A stretch of 17,810 nucleotides of DNA, from NCBI GenBank assembly GCA_029974275.1, contig JARKSN010000040.1, positions 1 through 17,810 on the forward strand, written 5' to 3'. Both the position numbers and the translations under genes were made by a program. Numbering within the stretch: position 1 is the stretch's first letter; each line of letters begins with the position of its first letter. Below the pieces are notes generated by a model. That model worked only from the letters and a program-made list of their open reading frames with translations, was not told where the DNA came from and did not search any database. Of the stretch, positions 1 through 8,051 are shown piece after piece. This DNA comes from Candidatus Hydrogenedentota bacterium. GTDB lineage: Bacteria; Hydrogenedentota; Hydrogenedentia; Hydrogenedentales; SLHB01.

Positions 1-228
1 ACGGACTGTTTAAAAAAAAGGAATTCTATGACGAAGCATCATGGAAAAACGTGACCTTGGACGGCAATGCCCAAAAACTGCTTGCCAAACGTTCCGGCGA
101 TATCCAGCCCGCCGAGACGATCCAACTCAATCGCATGCTGCTCCAAGCGGCCTTTCCACAATCAATCCGCCCCCCAAAACCGTGACGCAAAAGACGCCAT
201 CCCAACAACACAGGAGGAGACCGAGGCC

Positions 229-969
229 GTGTCGCTGCAACGCTCCACGCCGATTTTGCGCACAGAAAACCTCGTGAAAACATTTTCGCGACGCACCGTG
301 GTCAACGACGTATCGATTGAACTGCATCCCGGCGAAATCGTAGGCCTTCTCGGTCCCAACGGAGCCGGCAAGACCACCACCTTCCGCATGATGGTGGGCA
401 TGCTGCGCCCCTCCCAAGGCCGCATATGGTTTGCGGACAAAGACGTCACCGCCATGCCAATGTACCGCAGGGCTCGAGAAGGCATGGCCTACTTGCCCCA
501 GGAACCCTCCGTATTCCGGAAACTCACCGTCAGCCAAAACCTGCTGGCAGTGCTGGAATACCGCCGGATGAGCGCCGCCGAAAGACAAAAACGCGTCGAT
601 TCCCTAATGCATCAACTCGGCATTGCACACTTGGCGGACAGTCCAGCCTACACCTTGTCCGGCGGAGAAAGACGACGCACGGAAATCGGCCGCGCCCTCG
701 CAATCAACCCCCAAGTGTTCCTGCTGGATGAACCCTTCGCCGGCATCGACCCTATCGCCGTGGCCGATCTGCAGGATACCGTCGCCCGCCTCAAGGACCA
801 AGGCATAGGCATTCTCATCACGGACCACAACGTCCGCGAAACGCTAGAAATAACCGATCGCGCCTACATCATCAGCGAAGGCCGCATCAGCGTGGCCGGA
901 ACGCCCCGCGAGATCGCCGAGAACCCCATCGCTCGGAAAACCTACTTGGGCGACAGGTTTCGCATGTGA
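229..969 (+). CDS. lptB: LPS export ABC transporter ATP-binding protein LptB
   Basis: Walker [24 protein letters not shown], signature [28 protein letters not shown] and C-terminal YLGDRF are LptB hallmarks. Start moved from 67 to the in-frame GTG at 229, downstream of AGGAGG (212-217). Confidence 0.93.
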   Translation: MSLQRSTPILRTENLVKTFSRRTVVNDVSIELHPGEIVGLLGPNGAGKTTTFRMMVGMLRPSQGRIWFADKDVTAMPMYRRAREGMAYLPQEPSVFRKLTVSQNLLAVLEYRRMSAAERQKRVDSLMHQLGIAHLADSPAYTLSGGERRRTEIGRALAINPQVFLLDEPFAGIDPIAVADLQDTVARLKDQGIGILITDHNVRETLEITDRAYIISEGRISVAGTPREIAENPIARKTYLGDRFRM

Positions 970-999
970 TTTCAGGCGCGCAACGCAGGAGAAAACGTC

Positions 1000-2493
1000 A
1001 TGACAGCCCCGCAACCAACCTCCGACGCAGCCGTTTCCCGGTCCACATCGCGCTATGCCCTTGCCAGTCTCCTGGCGCTCCTGGCCGCCCTCATATGCCT
1101 CGCACTCATGTTTCTCGCCGAACACGCACACAAAAATGGATCCTCTCCGCACACCGGCCCTCATGAAACCTCGCATCTGCCCCCACTGCCCCATACGGCG
1201 AAAATTTCCGAACCTTTGCTCACGACGCTGAGCGATGCGGACGCCCAAGCACGCCAACATCCTTCTGACGCGGAACCGATAGGTCGCTTGGCCTCCTTGT
1301 ACGGCGCCAACGGATTTCCTGACGAAGCCACCCAATGTTTCCTCATCGCCGCCTCCCTCGCCCCCGAAGAGCCTACCTGGGCCTACTATGCCGCAGTCTT
1401 TTGCCTGCGCCAAAACAACCCCCAAGCCGCCCAAGCCTCCTTGCAAGCCGTTCGCTCCATCGCCCCCGCCTACGCCCCGGCGGCATTTCGTCTTGCAGAC
1501 ATCGATTTGGGATTGGGCAATGCCGAAACGGCGCGACAGTCCTACGAAACCTTGCAACGCGACCCCGCACTGGCCCCCTTTGCCTGTCTCGGACTCGCGC
1601 AAGTCGCTATCGCAACGGCTCAGTGGGAGACCGCCATCCATCAGCTCAAGACGGCATTGGCCGCGAAACCGCGCTTTGACGACGCAAACCGCCTTCTGGA
1701 CGAGACCAACAAAATCCTGCAGGGATCTTCCCCAGAACGACTTCACGAAGTCTCCGCCGAGATCCTCGCAACCCGCGACATCCCCGATCCTTGGCTGGAT
1801 GAATTAGCCGCATTCGCATACGATCCCGTCAATCTGCTCGATACCGCCCTGCGCCTCCTTGCCGAGGGCCGAGTTGACCAAGCCCAGACCCTGGCAGAAA
1901 GAGCCATATCCCTGGAGACCCACAAAAACGCCGACTATTACTACGCGCTCGGCAACTGGCGCAACCGTACAAGCGCCCCCGAAAATGCCGTGCAGGCCTA
2001 CCAACAGGCCATAGAGCAAAATCCCTTCCACGACGATGCTCGCATCTCCTGCGCCGAAACGCTCCGCCTGATCGGGCGCTTTGACGAAGCCGCCTCCCAC
2101 TTCCAGAACGTCGTCAACCGAAGACCAGACGACGCGCTCCTGCGCGTGAACCTCGGTTTCACCCTCAAACTAGGAGGTCGTCACGCCGAGGCGCTGGAAG
2201 AATTCCGAAAAGCGGAAGCCATTTCCCCAGACGACTATTTCGTGAACATCAATTTGGCCACGGTGCTCATCGCGCTGCATCGTCCCGAAGAAGCAATGCC
2301 CTACTTCGAAAAAGCCCGCGCGGCCCAGCCGGAAAGCCCCGACCCCTACGCCTCGCTTGCCAACGCCTACCTCGCCGCAGGAAACCTAGACGATGCCCGA
2401 GCGCAATTGGACAAGCTCCTTGCCATGGCCCCGCATCATCCCGCCATCCAACAACTCCAACGTCAACTCCAAGAACATCCATCCCAACCATAA
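1000..2493 (+). CDS. Tetratricopeptide-repeat protein with N-terminal membrane anchor
   Basis: AGGAG RBS before ATG; hydrophobic segment LASLLALLAALICLALMFLA; many TPR-like helical repeats (AVQAYQQAIEQNP, LGFTLKLGGRHAEALEEFRKA, AMPYFEKARAAQP). Confidence 0.85.
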   Translation: MTAPQPTSDAAVSRSTSRYALASLLALLAALICLALMFLAEHAHKNGSSPHTGPHETSHLPPLPHTAKISEPLLTTLSDADAQARQHPSDAEPIGRLASLYGANGFPDEATQCFLIAASLAPEEPTWAYYAAVFCLRQNNPQAAQASLQAVRSIAPAYAPAAFRLADIDLGLGNAETARQSYETLQRDPALAPFACLGLAQVAIATAQWETAIHQLKTALAAKPRFDDANRLLDETNKILQGSSPERLHEVSAEILATRDIPDPWLDELAAFAYDPVNLLDTALRLLAEGRVDQAQTLAERAISLETHKNADYYYALGNWRNRTSAPENAVQAYQQAIEQNPFHDDARISCAETLRLIGRFDEAASHFQNVVNRRPDDALLRVNLGFTLKLGGRHAEALEEFRKAEAISPDDYFVNINLATVLIALHRPEEAMPYFEKARAAQPESPDPYASLANAYLAAGNLDDARAQLDKLLAMAPHHPAIQQLQRQLQEHPSQP

Positions 2494-2570
2494 TCAAACA
2501 GCCTCGTTTTTCATCAGGGTTCCCCCCGCTGCGAATTGCGACCGCCCCACAACATCAGGAGACGTGAGAC

Positions 2571-3656
2571 ATGACCAAGTTGTTCGAGAAACCCGTCCGG
2601 CAAGATTGGGAGGGCTTTGTGCGCTGCATCGGGCGCGAGGGAACCCCGGAGCGAGTTCATGGCATCGAGCTGTTTCTCGACGGCGAGGCGCAGGACGCAA
2701 TCTGCGCGCGGTTTAGCCTGGACGACGGCCTGAACCCAGCGGACCGCGCGTATCCGCTCGAACGGCAGATACGACTGCAGCGTTTTCTTGGCTATGACTA
2801 TGTGGGGGCGGGCGTTCAGGGCGTAGAAATGTCGCTGCTGACGCCGCGCATCACGGAGGACGCCGACAGCGGTCTCAAGCGCGAGCGCGGCCGGGGGTTT
2901 CTCGAGACCGGAGCCGGTCCGATCACAAGCTGGGAAACCTTCGAGGCCTATCCATGGCCCGACCCGGCGAAGGCCGATACGTGGATGCTCGAATGGTTCC
3001 ACCAGCACCTGCCCGACGACATGTGCCTAGTCGCCGGCGGAGGGCAGTTCGCGGAGTTCCTGAGCTGGCTGATGGGCTACGAAACGCTCTGCATCGCCCT
3101 ATGCGAACAGCCCGACCTGGTCGCGGCGGTGCGCGACCGCATCTGGGAAACCGACCGGGCGATACTGGACATCACCCTCCAGTTCGACCGCGTTAAAGTG
3201 CTCTGGGGCAGCGACGACATGGGGTTCAAGGGCGGCACCCTGCTCAGTCCCGACCAACTCCGAGAACACGTCCTGCCCGGTCACAAATACTCCGCGCAGC
3301 GCTGCCATGAAGCGGGCCGACGCTACATCCTCCATTCCTGCGGCGAACTCAGCGCGATCATGGACGACCTGATCGACGACGTGCGGATCGACGGCAAGCA
3401 CTCCTTCGAAGACGTGATCTTGCCGGTGACCGAGGCCAAGCAACGTTACGGCGATCGCATCAGCATACTGGGCGGCATCGACGTGGATTTCCTGTGCCGG
3501 GCCGACGAGCAGGCCGTGCGCAAGCGCGTGCGCGAGACGCTCGAACACTGCATGCCCGGCGGCGGTTACCTCCTCGGCACCGGCAACAGCGTAGCCAACT
3601 ACATCCCGCTCGACAACTACCTCGCCATGCTCGACGAGGGGCGCCGCTTCGCGTAG
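2571..3656 (+). CDS. Uroporphyrinogen decarboxylase-like (URO-D / MtaA-CmuA superfamily) protein
   Basis: AGGAG RBS; motifs FEAYPWPDP, LMGYETLC, SDDMG, LHSCG, ILGGIDVDFL and GGGYLLGTGNS are typical of the URO-D-like TIM-barrel family; lacks the HemE RQAGR motif. Confidence 0.85.
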   Translation: MTKLFEKPVRQDWEGFVRCIGREGTPERVHGIELFLDGEAQDAICARFSLDDGLNPADRAYPLERQIRLQRFLGYDYVGAGVQGVEMSLLTPRITEDADSGLKRERGRGFLETGAGPITSWETFEAYPWPDPAKADTWMLEWFHQHLPDDMCLVAGGGQFAEFLSWLMGYETLCIALCEQPDLVAAVRDRIWETDRAILDITLQFDRVKVLWGSDDMGFKGGTLLSPDQLREHVLPGHKYSAQRCHEAGRRYILHSCGELSAIMDDLIDDVRIDGKHSFEDVILPVTEAKQRYGDRISILGGIDVDFLCRADEQAVRKRVRETLEHCMPGGGYLLGTGNSVANYIPLDNYLAMLDEGRRFA

Positions 3657-3849
3657 CCCCAATACCCTCTTTACGGTTGTGCGCGCAGCGGAGTATATCC
3701 CGAGGATCCTCAAATCATAGGGCGCTTGCCCGCCAACAAAGCACAAACGCGAAAGAGAAATGCTCGAAAAGGAATTCATCCGGCGCTACGATCAGGCAAT
3801 GCAGCAGAGTGCAAGGAACACGAGATTAAGGTCCAGGCGCCCGGGAAAC

Positions 3850-3886
3850 AAAAAAGCCAATAGGTCACATCTTGTAACCTATTGGC
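3850..3886 (-). terminator. Rho-independent terminator downstream of tRNA-Ala
   Basis: Minus strand reads GCCAATAGGT-TACAAGATGTG-ACCTATTGGC-TTTTTT: a perfect 10-bp stem (3856-3865/3877-3886) followed by a U-tract. Confidence 0.8.
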
Positions 3887-3901
3887 CCTACATGTTTTAC
3901 G

Positions 3902-3977
3902 TGGTGGAGCTGAGGGGGATCGAACCCCTGGCCTCTGCATTGCGAACGCAGCGCTCTCCCATCTGAGCTACAGCCCC
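3902..3977 (-). tRNA. tRNA-Ala (anticodon CGC)
   Basis: Reverse complement GGGGCTGTAGCTCAGATGGGAGAGCGCTGCGTTCGCAATGCAGAGGCCAGGGGTTCGATCCCCCTCAGCTCCACCA: 76-nt cloverleaf, G3:U70 Ala identity pair, anticodon loop TT-CGC-AA, encoded CCA. Confidence 0.97.
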
Positions 3978-4030
3978 ATAGGGAAGTTGGCGGCAACCAT
4001 CGCGTTGTGGCGCGCGCCAACAGGAACGCC

Positions 4031-4059
4031 ACTATACCATGCGTCAGATCCGGTGTCAA
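4031..4059 (-). promoter_or_regulatory. Sigma70 promoter for tRNA-Ala
   Basis: TTGACA-17 nt-TATAGT with an extended -10 TG and a GC-rich discriminator (GGCG), as in stable-RNA promoters. Confidence 0.85.
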
Positions 4060-4141
4060 CTTTTCACTTCTTTCGATCGGATAGGCAAGGGTTTTCCACA
4101 TGTCGCCCGGATCTTCACAAGGCTTCGCCGGGCGATTTTCA

Positions 4142-4170
4142 TTGACGGATTGACGATGAAGGGCTATGAT
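4142..4170 (+). promoter_or_regulatory. Sigma70 promoter for the GAF-PAS gene
   Basis: TTGACG-17 nt-TATGAT, divergent from the tRNA promoter. Confidence 0.65.
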
Positions 4171-4278
4171 GACAGCGGTGAGGTTGCCGCCGTTATTTAT
4201 TTCGCTTCATATGACAGTCAAGAGTGCCTTTCCTGCCAGTAACTCGGGGTTCTGCTCCGCAACGTGGAGTGGCTGGAA

Positions 4279-5655
4279 ATGGATGTGCACAACGTGGCGA
4301 CAAGCGTTTTTGCCCGGGCATTGGGACTGGATCCGCAACAACGCTTGTGTTCGTCGCTCATGTGTGATTTCGACACGGCGGATGTCGCCCATCTGCGCGC
4401 TCTGCGGGATCGCATGGATGCGCTCTCTCCGGACATCACGGAGATACTCGATCGTCACATCGCCTTGGTCGATCGCGCCCGTACGATGTTGGGGGAGACT
4501 CCCGAGCCGGAGCGTTGGGTGCGCCAGGAAGCGACATGGCCTCTTCCAGTCAACGAATTGCCTGATTTTACGGCGTGCTGCGATTTTTTGTCGGATGTTC
4601 TTCCCGTCGTTTTTGCGGCCTTCGAGCATGATTCGCCGGACGAACGGATGCGAACGGCCCGTGCGGTGACCAAGGCTGTTTTTCTTGAACTCGCAGCGTG
4701 CGTCACTTCTCGGACTGCGGCGGTTCCCTGTCCGTCCCAATGCGATCAGGCATGTGCCCAACGCCGCCGTCGCGTATTGCTCGATCTGGCCGCAAGCAAG
4801 ACCCTCCATGGAGGCAGCCTCGATGAGGCGCTGCATTTGGTCGTGGAAGTCGTGGGCAGGGCTCTGGGCGCGGGCGCCGTTACGGTAAGGCTGCTGGATC
4901 GTCAGACAAATGCGTTTCGCTGCGCGAGTCAGTTTGATGTCGCGGTATCCGTATCCGGGCCGGAGCCGCCTTTTCCCGTTGCGGAATATCCCGTTTCCTT
5001 GCGCGATCTTGCGGAGGCGCGCGATCGCGCTTTCCATGTATCGATTCAATCGCCAGCCGGGAGAACCTCTTGGCCGACGATCGTCGCGCCTGTTCGCCGA
5101 TGGGGCGAAGTGGCTGGCGTGCTGGACGTCAGATACGGATCGCCTCCCGGAGATATCGATCCCGACGATTTGCATTTCGTGGCCGCCGCGGGCCAGTTGG
5201 CGGGAATCGCCCTGGAGACCCAGGCGCGGCGGGATGCCCAGACGATGACCTCCATTCAGGCGGCCGCGTTGGAAGCCGTTTCCAACGCGATTGTCATATT
5301 AGACCCGGGCGGGTGCCCGTTGTGGGCCAACGCCGCGTATTGCAGGTTGACGGGGTTTGAACGGTCCGAAATCGTTTCCGCGTCGCCTCTGTTTTGGGGC
5401 GTATCCAAGCCGGGCGCGCCGTCGCGCCGCTTCGCATGGGACATGATCGCGTCCGGTCAACCGTGGAGCGGCATTGTGGAAGTGCAGACCAAGAGGGGAG
5501 AAGGCATCGCCCGTGAATGGACGCTGACTCCTCTGCGCGACCTATGTGGAAAGGTGACGCACGTCATTGCCGTGGAGCAACCCGAGGCCCACAACTCCCT
5601 TCCGGCCAGACAGTCTTCTTTTCGTCCGGCGTATGGAGCGCCTCCGTCGGCATAG
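4279..5655 (+). CDS. Sensor-domain protein (possible degenerate globin + GAF + PAS), no output domain
   Basis: GAF-like region (LDEALHLVVEVVGRALGA...TIVAPVRRWGEVAGVLDV...DDLHFVAAAGQLAGIALE); PAS/PAC (ALEAVSNAIVILDPGG...ANAAYCRLTGFERSEIV...WTLTPLRD). ATG 4279 follows GGAG; alternative start GTG 4264. Confidence 0.75.
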   Translation: MDVHNVATSVFARALGLDPQQRLCSSLMCDFDTADVAHLRALRDRMDALSPDITEILDRHIALVDRARTMLGETPEPERWVRQEATWPLPVNELPDFTACCDFLSDVLPVVFAAFEHDSPDERMRTARAVTKAVFLELAACVTSRTAAVPCPSQCDQACAQRRRRVLLDLAASKTLHGGSLDEALHLVVEVVGRALGAGAVTVRLLDRQTNAFRCASQFDVAVSVSGPEPPFPVAEYPVSLRDLAEARDRAFHVSIQSPAGRTSWPTIVAPVRRWGEVAGVLDVRYGSPPGDIDPDDLHFVAAAGQLAGIALETQARRDAQTMTSIQAAALEAVSNAIVILDPGGCPLWANAAYCRLTGFERSEIVSASPLFWGVSKPGAPSRRFAWDMIASGQPWSGIVEVQTKRGEGIAREWTLTPLRDLCGKVTHVIAVEQPEAHNSLPARQSSFRPAYGAPPSA

Positions 5656-5666
5656 TCGGCGTTATG

Positions 5667-7136
5667 TTACGAACCCGCCGGCGGCATTCCTCCCGCAGTA
5701 GAAACGGGCGGAAGAGGCAAAGGCTTGCCCGACGTCAACAGTTCCAACGCTTCGCGAAGCTCTGCCTCGTTGTCCTTGTCGTTCAACCCCTCGCGCACCG
5801 CCTGGACGGTCCCATCCTTCGCGATGAGCACCACCGTCGGGTATCCCGACACCTGAAATACGTCGCCAATGGCAAGTTGCTCATCCACAGCCACTTTCGA
5901 AGAAACGCCGGCTTCCTTCAGGAAATCGCGAATGGCCTCGGGCTGATCGCCTTGATTGACAGCGTAGAGAACCACCCCTTTTTCCTTGTATTCCTCGGCG
6001 AGCTTTTCGATCACGGGCATCAACTTGCGGCAGGGCGCGCACCACGTTGCCCAGAAATCGAGCATGACGACTTCTTTGTCCTTATGTTGAGCCAGATCGA
6101 CGGTCTTCCCATCCAGCAATGTCAGCGAAACAGAAGGGGCGGGTTTCCCAATCATGGCACGGGGGTGGGGGCGAGCGGCTTCCTGCGGCGAATCGTATTT
6201 CTCGGCGTCCGCAGGAGGCGTGAACGTAAAACGATCCTCGGCCATCTCCTCATTGATTTTCCAGTTCGAAAACTCCGCCCGCACCTCATGCCGGGGCGTG
6301 CTGCCATCGGGATTCTTGCCCATCTGCGCCATCTGCTCGCTGAGATCGGGCCTCATCATGATCGGAACGGGAAGATCGCCGGATTGAATCCAGAGATCAA
6401 GCTTGACCGCGCCCTGTCCCAAACGCAGGCGATCGCACTTGACCCCATTCCATTCCTCTTCACCCACATAACTCACGCTCGCTTCTTGCGCGAACATGCT
6501 GTAATTGTCCTTCATTAAAAGCGCAGGCAACAACGTGTCCGTGATAAGCGCGCCTCGAGCCGTTTCCTGGAACAGCGTTTCATAATCCTGAGGCGCTTCG
6601 GTTTCGGTATATCCACGGCTTTTGGGGAAATACATGGTCACCTTTTTCCCATCGCAAAAAAGCGACGGGAGGGGGGCCGCGTCGGTCGTCACCTGGGCGT
6701 ATTTATTGGGACGCGCCGCCGCAAGGGACGATGCGATGACCATCTCTTTTTTCCGCTCAGGAATATCCAGCGACTCGGTTCCCTTCCAATCAAAACTCAC
6801 CGACTGCACGGCGTCAAAAAAAGCGCACATCTTCTTCAAAATATCCGAAGCCTTGGGATCGATGGATTCTCCCGACGTAGATGCGGGACTCATGGGAGGG
6901 ACCGCCTCCGCAGAACTCCCCGGAGGAGCCGGAGACGCGTTCGACGCCGAATCGGCATTAGTCTGCTGCGAGACCGGAGACTCTCCGGACGTAACCGTAA
7001 TCGGGACAGACGTCTCTTCCGCCGTCAAAGAAGCGGCGGCATCCGCCTTTTCCGCTGGAAGAGAAGAAGGGGCATTGCAGCCGGTCATCACGAGACACAA
7101 CAGAAACAGGGAAATACAGAAACGAAATGTCGTCAT
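5667..7136 (-). CDS. Lipoprotein: DUF2092/LolA-like domain fused to a TlpA-family thioredoxin
   Basis: GGAGG RBS; signal peptide with lipobox (LLCLVMTG-C); Ser/Pro/Ala-rich linker; DUF2092-like region (IDPKASDILKKM...ARPNK...FSNWKIN...FTFTPPADA); C-terminal redoxin VMLDFWATWCAPC...VSGYPTVVLI. Confidence 0.82.
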   Translation of the reverse strand: MTTFRFCISLFLLCLVMTGCNAPSSLPAEKADAAASLTAEETSVPITVTSGESPVSQQTNADSASNASPAPPGSSAEAVPPMSPASTSGESIDPKASDILKKMCAFFDAVQSVSFDWKGTESLDIPERKKEMVIASSLAAARPNKYAQVTTDAAPLPSLFCDGKKVTMYFPKSRGYTETEAPQDYETLFQETARGALITDTLLPALLMKDNYSMFAQEASVSYVGEEEWNGVKCDRLRLGQGAVKLDLWIQSGDLPVPIMMRPDLSEQMAQMGKNPDGSTPRHEVRAEFSNWKINEEMAEDRFTFTPPADAEKYDSPQEAARPHPRAMIGKPAPSVSLTLLDGKTVDLAQHKDKEVVMLDFWATWCAPCRKLMPVIEKLAEEYKEKGVVLYAVNQGDQPEAIRDFLKEAGVSSKVAVDEQLAIGDVFQVSGYPTVVLIAKDGTVQAVREGLNDKDNEAELREALELLTSGKPLPLPPVSTAGGMPPAGS

Positions 7137-7263
7137 GGCAGGCCTCCGCCCCATTGGGGACATGCTGAACCCCGCAGTCACCGGCGCATGGCCCGCGCCA
7201 TGACTGCGCCGCCAATGCGCCCGCCAACGCCACTCGCGTCTTGCGGGGCCAGCGGCATGTCGT

Positions 7264-7818
7264 TCACCCTATCACAAAAACGGCCGCAGACAAGACCGTC
7301 GTCCACAACCCGTCTTTGTTGCCGTTGGCGGATTGGCAGATGTTCCGCGTCCGGATGATATGGCCGCTGGTTTTGTAAATTTGCTTGCGCTCGTCCCATG
7401 CCTGATCGGGATCAAACTCGATGCCTAGCGTGGTGGCCAGCATGGTGGCGGCCAAGTCCTCCGCATAATCCCCCGCAGCCTCTGCCCGCATGCCAAACGC
7501 ATGATGCTCCGAAATATAACCGTATCGCTCCTTGCGCTGCGGGACGGCAAGACCAACGGCCGCCGAAATCAAACGGCCCGGTTCGTTCGTATCGTTGCGC
7601 GACATCACGCAATAGACGATCTGGCCGGGACTCAATTTGGCCAGACCCGCCTTGGGCGCAACAATCTTGCACTTGGGAGGACAGATGCTCGATACGTACA
7701 CGAGATTGAACTTCTCAATGCCGGCATCGCGCAACGCGCACTCGAACGACGCAAGTCGATCCTTGTGGACGCCCACGCCCTTTACAAAGAACACTTCTTT
7801 CGGAGTCATCTCTGCCAT
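7264..7818 (-). CDS. pdaD: Pyruvoyl-dependent arginine decarboxylase
   Basis: [33 protein letters not shown] (Ser-Ser self-cleavage site), [32 protein letters not shown]. Start at ATG 7818 after GAGGTG. Confidence 0.92.
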   Translation of the reverse strand: MAEMTPKEVFFVKGVGVHKDRLASFECALRDAGIEKFNLVYVSSICPPKCKIVAPKAGLAKLSPGQIVYCVMSRNDTNEPGRLISAAVGLAVPQRKERYGYISEHHAFGMRAEAAGDYAEDLAATMLATTLGIEFDPDQAWDERKQIYKTSGHIIRTRNICQSANGNKDGLWTTVLSAAVFVIG

Positions 7819-7819
7819 G

Positions 7820-7906
7820 TCACCTCTTGCGCGCGCTCCTGCGCCTCTTGCGGCGCGTCCCCCGGGCCGGGCCGTCCATCCGCCACTGTCCAATCGCGTC
7901 CATCAT
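7820..7906 (-). CDS. Candidate Arg-rich leader peptide (28 aa, [28 protein letters not shown])
   Basis: Lies inside the pdaD 5' UTR; 9 Arg, 7 of them in the last 11 codons (3 AGG); TGA overlaps the pdaD SD and sits 1 nt before its ATG. Its own RBS is weak. Confidence 0.45.
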   Translation of the reverse strand: MMDAIGQWRMDGPARGTRRKRRRSARKR

Positions 7907-7984
7907 CCACCCGCGAACCCGCAATTTCCAAAGCTCTCTTTCCTGCCAGGAACCGTTTTGAATCCGCCGACAGCCAAGTGGCGG

Positions 7985-8013
7985 ATTATAACCCCGAGAC
8001 CTAGGCGTATCAA
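7985..8013 (-). promoter_or_regulatory. Sigma70 promoter of pdaD
   Basis: TTGATA-17 nt-TATAAT; predicts a start near 7978 and a ~160-nt 5' leader. Confidence 0.85.
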
Positions 8014-8051
8014 GCGGAAAATCCAGAAAGTCGCAGGGGCCCGGATCGCTT

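Noticed and set aside
57..70. Sigma54-like TTGGACGGCAATGC upstream of lptB
   Set aside because: GG-to-GC spacing is 8 nt rather than the required 10.
3760..3966. 68-aa plus-strand ORF
   Set aside because: Runs antisense through the tRNA terminator and tRNA gene; at most a remnant.
4092..4100. Replication origin suggested by a DnaA-like box
   Set aside because: A single box with no cluster, unwinding element or dnaA context.
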